Shown here piece after piece: positions 58,430 through 64,000 of a DNA stretch of 64,000 nucleotides. The stretch lies in contig JABSPQ010000224.1 in NCBI GenBank assembly GCA_013214205.1, positions 53,756-117,755 on the forward strand, in the 5' to 3' direction. The translations under genes and the position numbers were made by a program. The notes below the pieces were generated by a model. It saw only the letters and a program-made list of their open reading frames with translations, made no database searches and was not told the DNA's origin. This DNA comes from Flavobacteriales bacterium. GTDB taxonomy: Bacteria > Bacteroidota > Bacteroidia > DT-38. Position 1 is the first letter of the stretch. Each line of letters begins with the position of its first letter.

Positions 58430-59782
58430 ATGCAATTCGAATTAACTAAAGAATTTCTCACCAATTTAAGAAAGCAAATTTCTAGTGAGGATCGAACTGC
58501 CCTATCCGCTCAGTTAGATGAACTGCATTCAGCAGACATCGCTGAAATAATGGATGAACTGAATAACAAAGAAATTCAATTTTTGTTTACGCTCTTTGAT
58601 GGTGAAACCAGCGGTGAAATATTTGTTGAACTAGAAGAAGAAACTTTAGAAGGTTTTGTAAAAGAAATTGAACCTGCCGAGCTCGTTTCTAAATTTATCA
58701 AACACATTGAATCGGATGATGCCGCCAGTATCATCGGTGACCTGAGCGAACAAAAGAGAAAAGAAGTAATAGCAAATTTAGACGATGTTGAGCAAGCAAG
58801 CGACATTGTAGACCTTTTGCATTACGCCGACAACACTGCTGGTAGCCTTATGGCAAAAGAGGTAGTTACCGCCAACATCAATTGGACGGTTTCCAGGTGT
58901 GTTCGTGAAATGCGACGTCAGGCTGAGAACATTAAAAACATATACATCCTATATGTTATAGACGATAACGATAGACTTCTTGGAATTATGTCGCTTCGAG
59001 TATTGGTTATGACTTCTCCCAAAGCACAAATTTCTGATCTGATTAACAGAGATGTTATTTCTATCAAGACGAATTCTCCGTTGGAAGATGTACAGAATTC
59101 GATGGAAAAATATGACTTGGTTGCCTTACCTGTTGTAGATGAGTTAGGCCGATTAGTTGGACGAATTACCATTGATGACGTTGTAGACTTAATTAAAGAA
59201 GAAGCTGAAAAAACTTTCCAAATTGCTTCTGGTATTTCCGAAAACATTGAATCTACCGACAGTATTTGGGTGTTAACACGAGCAAGGTTACCTTGGTTAC
59301 TTATCGGTTTACTCGGAGGAATTGCAGGTGCTAGAATCATTGGACTGTTCGAAGATCAAATCCAAATCCATCCAGAAATGGCATTCTTTATCCCGTTAAT
59401 TGCGGCAATGGGTGGAAACGTTGGAGTACAATCGTCCGCAATTATTGTACAAGCACTGGCCAATAATAGCCTCGGAATAATGGGCGTTGTCCCCAGGTTA
59501 TTTAAAGAATTTTCGTTGGGGATCATCAATGGCGTCATCTGTTCCATCCTAGTATTTGCCTACAGCTATTTCACTGAAGAATTAAACTTAGCAATTACAG
59601 TAAGTACAGCCCTGTTTTGTGTGGTGATTTTCGCAGCTGTTATTGGCACTTGGATTCCTCTTCTTTTAGATAAATACAAAATTGACCCAGCCCTTGCCAC
59701 AGGTCCATTTATTACCACTGCCAACGATGTTTTAAGTATCTTTCTATACTTCTACATTGGCAAACTCATGTACTTTTCATAG
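58430..59782 (+). CDS. mgtE: Magnesium transporter MgtE
   Basis: MgtE N-domain, CBS pair (IYILYVIDDNDRLLGIMSLR...), and a C-terminal 5-TM MgtE domain. Confidence 0.9.
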   Translation: MQFELTKEFLTNLRKQISSEDRTALSAQLDELHSADIAEIMDELNNKEIQFLFTLFDGETSGEIFVELEEETLEGFVKEIEPAELVSKFIKHIESDDAASIIGDLSEQKRKEVIANLDDVEQASDIVDLLHYADNTAGSLMAKEVVTANINWTVSRCVREMRRQAENIKNIYILYVIDDNDRLLGIMSLRVLVMTSPKAQISDLINRDVISIKTNSPLEDVQNSMEKYDLVALPVVDELGRLVGRITIDDVVDLIKEEAEKTFQIASGISENIESTDSIWVLTRARLPWLLIGLLGGIAGARIIGLFEDQIQIHPEMAFFIPLIAAMGGNVGVQSSAIIVQALANNSLGIMGVVPRLFKEFSLGIINGVICSILVFAYSYFTEELNLAITVSTALFCVVIFAAVIGTWIPLLLDKYKIDPALATGPFITTANDVLSIFLYFYIGKLMYFS

Positions 59783-59793
59783 ATAACATTCAA

Positions 59794-60738
59794 TTGAAAA
59801 TTTTAATCATTGATAGCATCCACCCCGCTTTCCAAGAAATATTGGAAAAGGAAGGATTTACTTTTGATGATCGATCGGACTTAAGCGAAACGGAATTCGA
59901 AGCACTTATTTCTGAATATGAAGGAATTGTGATTCGGAGTAAAATCAAACTAGGATGGGAAATTCTTTCAAAAGCCCAAAACCTAAAATTTATCTGTCGA
60001 GCCGGTTCGGGCATGGAAAATATTGATGTTGAATTTGCAGAATCACTAGGCATAAAATGCTTAAGTGCCCCCGAAGGAAACCGTGATGCCGTTGGAGAAC
60101 ATTGCATTGGAATGCTCTTAACGCTTTTCAACAACATAATTCGAGCAGATGCAGAAGTGCGAAAAGGCATTTGGAGAAGAGCAGAGAACAGAGGAATTGA
60201 AATTGCGGGAAAAACAATTGGCATTATCGGATATGGAAATGCTGGTGGTGCTTTAGCCAAAAAACTTTCGGGTTTTGATTGTACAATTTTGGCTCACGAC
60301 AAGTACAAATATGATTTTTCGGATGAGTATGTAAAAGAAGCCTCCCTCGAAGAAATTCAGCAATCCGCCGATGTAGTAAGCATGCACTTGCCGCTTACAG
60401 AGGAAACCACGAACTATTGCAGCGAAGAATTCTTCGAGAACTTTCGACAATCTTTCTATCTAATAAATGCGGCCAGAGGAAAACATCTTAAAACAGCTAC
60501 CCTAGTTGCCAATTTAAAATCTAAAAAGTTGCTGGGTGCTTGCATCGATGTACTAGAGATAGAAAGCGCTTCGTTCGAATTGGTTTTAGACGAAAATTAT
60601 AAAGAGGATTTCGATTTTTTATCTCAAGCGGAAAATGTTATCCTCTCCCCTCACGTTGCGGGCTGGACACATGAATCTAATAGAAAGCTTTCGGAAGTTT
60701 TAGCTAACAAAGTTTTGGATCTATTTTCCAACAATTAG
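59794..60738 (+). CDS. D-isomer-specific 2-hydroxyacid dehydrogenase (phosphoglycerate dehydrogenase-like)
   Basis: NAD-binding GIIGYGNAGGALAKKL and catalytic R/E/H positions (NAARG...SPHVAGWT). Confidence 0.8.
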   Translation: MKILIIDSIHPAFQEILEKEGFTFDDRSDLSETEFEALISEYEGIVIRSKIKLGWEILSKAQNLKFICRAGSGMENIDVEFAESLGIKCLSAPEGNRDAVGEHCIGMLLTLFNNIIRADAEVRKGIWRRAENRGIEIAGKTIGIIGYGNAGGALAKKLSGFDCTILAHDKYKYDFSDEYVKEASLEEIQQSADVVSMHLPLTEETTNYCSEEFFENFRQSFYLINAARGKHLKTATLVANLKSKKLLGACIDVLEIESASFELVLDENYKEDFDFLSQAENVILSPHVAGWTHESNRKLSEVLANKVLDLFSNN

Positions 60739-60884
60739 CATTCCAACAACACAAAACCCTATACTGCAAAATATTAAGAGCGTCGTCGACCTTTAAAAGA
60801 CCAAGCCTTTTGATTGGGCATCACAGAATTTAATTCTATCTTGCCAATACAAATATTCTGCTAACCAAGTTAAACTATATAGTC

Positions 60885-63668
60885 ATGTTTAAATCACTAT
60901 TGTCTCTCCTAATGCTACTTGCATTTACCTTTGGAGCACCCGTTGCGATTGCCGCAAAAAAAACAGAAAAGAAAGTATTAAGTCCTGATGATTTCAAAAG
61001 GTGGAGTAATCTTACTTCGCAAAAAATTAGCGATGATGGCAACTGGGTCACTTTGGGTTACGATTACAAAATGGCATTTCATAAAGATGACGATGAAAGG
61101 AAACTAATCATTAAGCAACTCAACGGCGACAAAAAATATATAATTCCGTTTGGTTCAGAACCCACCTTTTCCGACGATTCTAAGTGGGTTGCATACTTTA
61201 TTCAACTTACAAAAGCAGAAGTAAAAGAATATGAGGACGAAGATTTAACTGTTACATACAAAGCGCAGCTACTCAACTTGGCCACTGGAGAAAAAACAAC
61301 ATGGAAAAACGCTTACAATATAAATTTTAACAAAGGCTCTTCGGCTTTAATCATAAAGAAAAAAGAATCGGAGGATGAAAGAAAATACAATGGAAATGAC
61401 ATAATCATTAGAGACCTCGTTAAAGACTATGATCACTTTGTTGGAAGTGTATCTCAGCACAAGCTCAACAAGCCTGGCACACACATGGCGTATATCAGAG
61501 ATGCCGAAGACAGAACAGGAAACGGAATTTATGTAATGGACCTTAAAACGGGTGCTAGACTTCCTGTTGAACAAGACACGTTGAATTACAGCGGAATTAA
61601 TTGGTCAGAAAACGGGAATTCACTTGTTGCTTATAAATCCATAAAAAACAAAAAAGGCAAAGTAGAATCATCTAAACTAGTTATTGTTTCTAAAGCGAAC
61701 ACCAACCAACCTACTGTAAAAATCGTAGCGAATTCAGACTTATCTACACTTGCTGAAGGATTCCAAATCAGCAATTTTTCCACGTTAAAATGGAACAAAC
61801 AAGGGGACAAATTGTTTTTTGGAATCAAGGAGAAAAAGAAAGAAGCAGAAAAGAAAGAAGACTCCAAAGAAGGTAAAAAAGGAAAAAAAGACCCGATTGC
61901 CGACTTAGACATTTGGCACTGGGACGATGATAGAATTCAAAGCCTGCAACGAAGACAAGGAAAAGCAGACAAGAAGAGAACATTCAAATGTCTGTACGAT
62001 GTAGCTACATCAAAGTATGTTCAGCTCACCAACGAAAGTATGGAAGAAATAGAAATCAGCGAAAATGGTGTTTGGGGAATAGGAAGAAACGAACACAAAT
62101 ATGTATCTGATTGGGATGTAGAAAAAGCGGATATCTACCGTGTTCATATTTCAACTGGAGAATGTTTTTTAATTGAGGAGGCATTAAAACGATGGTTTGA
62201 ATTATCGCCAGATGGCAAACACTTTTTATATTGGAAAGAAGCTCACATTTGGGATTACAATTTGGAAACAGGAACAAAGACAAACCTTACTAAAAGCGCA
62301 CCTGTTAGTTTTGTAAATCAAGAATGGGACTACTTTGGAGAAAGGCCATCTTACGGATTTAGCGGTTGGACAAAAGACGGTAAGGCGGTTATTCTCAATA
62401 CCAGATATGATTTATATTATCAGCCTTTAGATGCCAGTGCGGCTAAAAATTTAACTGCTGGAATTGGAACATCAGGAGAAATTAGATTAAGAATTAAAGA
62501 CTTAGACTCAGAAGAAGATTATATCGATCTGGCTAAACCTGTCCTATTATCTGCATACGGACAATGGACAAAAAAGTCGGGTTATTACAAACTTACTCTT
62601 GGAGAAATTGGGACAACAGAACCTGAGGAATTAATTTTTGTAGATCAGCACATCGGTAATTTTTATAAGGCAAAAAAAGCCGATAAGTATTATTATAGCA
62701 TGCAAACTTTTAGCAACTCGCCGAACATGCACGTCTCCAATGGTACTTTTAAATCACCTAAAAAAGTGAGTAACTCCAACCCTCAGCATAGCGAATACCT
62801 CTGGGGAAAAAGAATTCTTTTTGATTACACCAATTCTAAGGGTGTAAAATTACAAGGCACATTAGCCATTCCTGACACTTATAAAGAAGGCGAAAAACTG
62901 CCTATGATGGTTAACTTCTACGAGAAGAAATCTCAAAACCTGCACAAGTATGTTAACCCCGTATATGCTAGATATTCAGGACAGTTTCACCCTCAAATGC
63001 TTAGTGAAGGCTATCTTATTATGGAGCCCGACATTCATTATAATGTAGGGTCAACGGGAGATGACTTTTTAGAATGCTTAGAGGCAGCAACCAAAAAGGT
63101 AATAGAAATGGGATACGCAGATCCAAAGAAAGTTGGACTTGGCGGTTTTAGCTTTAGTGGTTATGGTTCTAATTATGTAGCTGTGAGATCTAAGATGTTT
63201 GCAGCCGTTTTTGCAGGTGCTGGTGTATCCGATTTGTTGAGTGATTTTAATCACCTATGGGGATATTCGCCAGATAGACGCTTGGGAGCTGGAGTAAATG
63301 CGCATCGCTACAACATTCATGGGCAACAACGAATGGGAAGTAATCCACATGACGATTTTGAACTTTTCAAAAGTCAGTCTCCATCCACTTATGTAAAAGA
63401 CATGGAATGCGCTTTGCTTTTGCTCCAAGGAGAATCAGACGAATTGGTTGCCTGGATTGAAGCGGTTGAATTTTATAATGCACTTCGATTTAATGGTAAA
63501 AACGTAATCTTACTTTCGTACGCCAAAGAGCCTCATGGAATCTATCAGCAGAAAAATCGATATGATTTGCACCAACGCACGTTCGACTTCTTTAATCATT
63601 ATTTAAAAGGAGAACCTGCAGCGGATTGGATTAAAAATGGAGTTCCATTTATTGATAAGAAAAAATAA
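60885..63668 (+). CDS. S9 family serine peptidase (prolyl oligopeptidase / acylaminoacyl-peptidase-like) with N-terminal beta-propeller region
   Basis: Signal peptide; propeller-like repeats; C-terminal alpha/beta hydrolase with the nucleophile elbow GGFSFSGYG and conserved D/H; Lys/Glu-rich low-complexity insert at about 61830..61900. Confidence 0.75.
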   Translation: MFKSLLSLLMLLAFTFGAPVAIAAKKTEKKVLSPDDFKRWSNLTSQKISDDGNWVTLGYDYKMAFHKDDDERKLIIKQLNGDKKYIIPFGSEPTFSDDSKWVAYFIQLTKAEVKEYEDEDLTVTYKAQLLNLATGEKTTWKNAYNINFNKGSSALIIKKKESEDERKYNGNDIIIRDLVKDYDHFVGSVSQHKLNKPGTHMAYIRDAEDRTGNGIYVMDLKTGARLPVEQDTLNYSGINWSENGNSLVAYKSIKNKKGKVESSKLVIVSKANTNQPTVKIVANSDLSTLAEGFQISNFSTLKWNKQGDKLFFGIKEKKKEAEKKEDSKEGKKGKKDPIADLDIWHWDDDRIQSLQRRQGKADKKRTFKCLYDVATSKYVQLTNESMEEIEISENGVWGIGRNEHKYVSDWDVEKADIYRVHISTGECFLIEEALKRWFELSPDGKHFLYWKEAHIWDYNLETGTKTNLTKSAPVSFVNQEWDYFGERPSYGFSGWTKDGKAVILNTRYDLYYQPLDASAAKNLTAGIGTSGEIRLRIKDLDSEEDYIDLAKPVLLSAYGQWTKKSGYYKLTLGEIGTTEPEELIFVDQHIGNFYKAKKADKYYYSMQTFSNSPNMHVSNGTFKSPKKVSNSNPQHSEYLWGKRILFDYTNSKGVKLQGTLAIPDTYKEGEKLPMMVNFYEKKSQNLHKYVNPVYARYSGQFHPQMLSEGYLIMEPDIHYNVGSTGDDFLECLEAATKKVIEMGYADPKKVGLGGFSFSGYGSNYVAVRSKMFAAVFAGAGVSDLLSDFNHLWGYSPDRRLGAGVNAHRYNIHGQQRMGSNPHDDFELFKSQSPSTYVKDMECALLLLQGESDELVAWIEAVEFYNALRFNGKNVILLSYAKEPHGIYQQKNRYDLHQRTFDFFNHYLKGEPAADWIKNGVPFIDKKK

Positions 63669-64000
63669 GGGTCTCAGGCTTTTTAGATCGTCACCATTGT
63701 GTTCTCGATACGATTCCGTAAGAACGGAATCACTCGAACAGACAATGGCAAAACCGTTCAACCTATATAGAGCATACCAAGTTTACAAGCTGTTAGATTG
63801 AGAAATATTTTTTAAAAAATTTCTGCTGACAAACGATGAATTAAAAAGGTGTCAGTTCGAGTGGTTTTCGAAAAAAACTGTATCGAGAACAAGCCTTTTA
63901 AAAGCCTATCTACGCTCCCACAGCCTTAGGCGATGTACTTAAAATTGCAACACCCGAAAGCACTACAAGCATACTAATAACCTGAGTCATATTGATTGGT

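Noticed and set aside
60720-60884. Terminator after the serA-like gene (gtcgtcgacc ... tttaaaagacc)
   Set aside because: The repeats are direct rather than inverted apart from a 6-bp gtcgac palindrome, so no convincing hairpin plus T-run is present.
63914-63994. 26-codon minus-strand ORF at the extreme right edge (MTQVISMLVVLSGVAILSTSPKAVGA)
   Set aside because: It is too short and terminates inside the window. It is likely a chance frame or the leader of a gene beyond the window, so it is not callable.
1-64000. CRISPR arrays, IS elements or transposases, integrases, rRNA or tRNA genes
   Set aside because: There are no short regularly spaced direct repeats, no transposase- or integrase-like ORFs, and no tRNA cloverleaf candidates in the intergenic regions examined.

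Overview
This window reads as a chromosomal segment from a Bacteroidota genome (Flavobacteriia/Cytophagia-like). It is AT-rich, genes mostly lack Shine-Dalgarno sites, several intergenic regions carry TAnnTTTG -7 promoter boxes, exported proteins have Gln at +1 after the signal peptide, and it encodes a T9SS C-terminal sorting domain and gliding genes in the known mutY-ssb-gldE-gldD synteny. Most of the window is densely packed housekeeping genes: pssA, purS, lptB, tatC, kdsD, recQ, an M20 amidohydrolase, hemL, gcvP, mlaFE, an aminotransferase, manC-like, class I fumarase, prfB, recX, rng, two HU paralogs, mutY, ssb, gldE/gldD, ctaA-like, a two-component system, rplU/rpmA, serS, rsmA, mgtE, a serA-like dehydrogenase and an S9 peptidase. 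prfB carries a textbook +1 programmed frameshift that the ORF track misses. Four pockets look accessory or less well characterised. (1) At the left edge, an MBOAT, SGNH-like, FadL/PorV-like and secreted-protein operon. (2) A T9SS-secreted LamG adhesin with three tandem 70-aa repeats and a perfect palindromic terminator, followed by a very AT-rich module encoding a CotH-like kinase (possibly N-terminally frameshifted), a GT22/ALG9-PIGB-like and a GT39/ArnT-like mannosyltransferase. (3) A 1114-aa outer-membrane protein combining TolB-like propeller repeats with a C-terminal Omp85-type barrel. (4) A TMTC-like GT-C protein with TPR repeats, then a lipoprotein and a TPR protein. I found no CRISPR array, IS element, rRNA or tRNA. 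Several unannotated small ORFs and structured intergenic elements are reported below.
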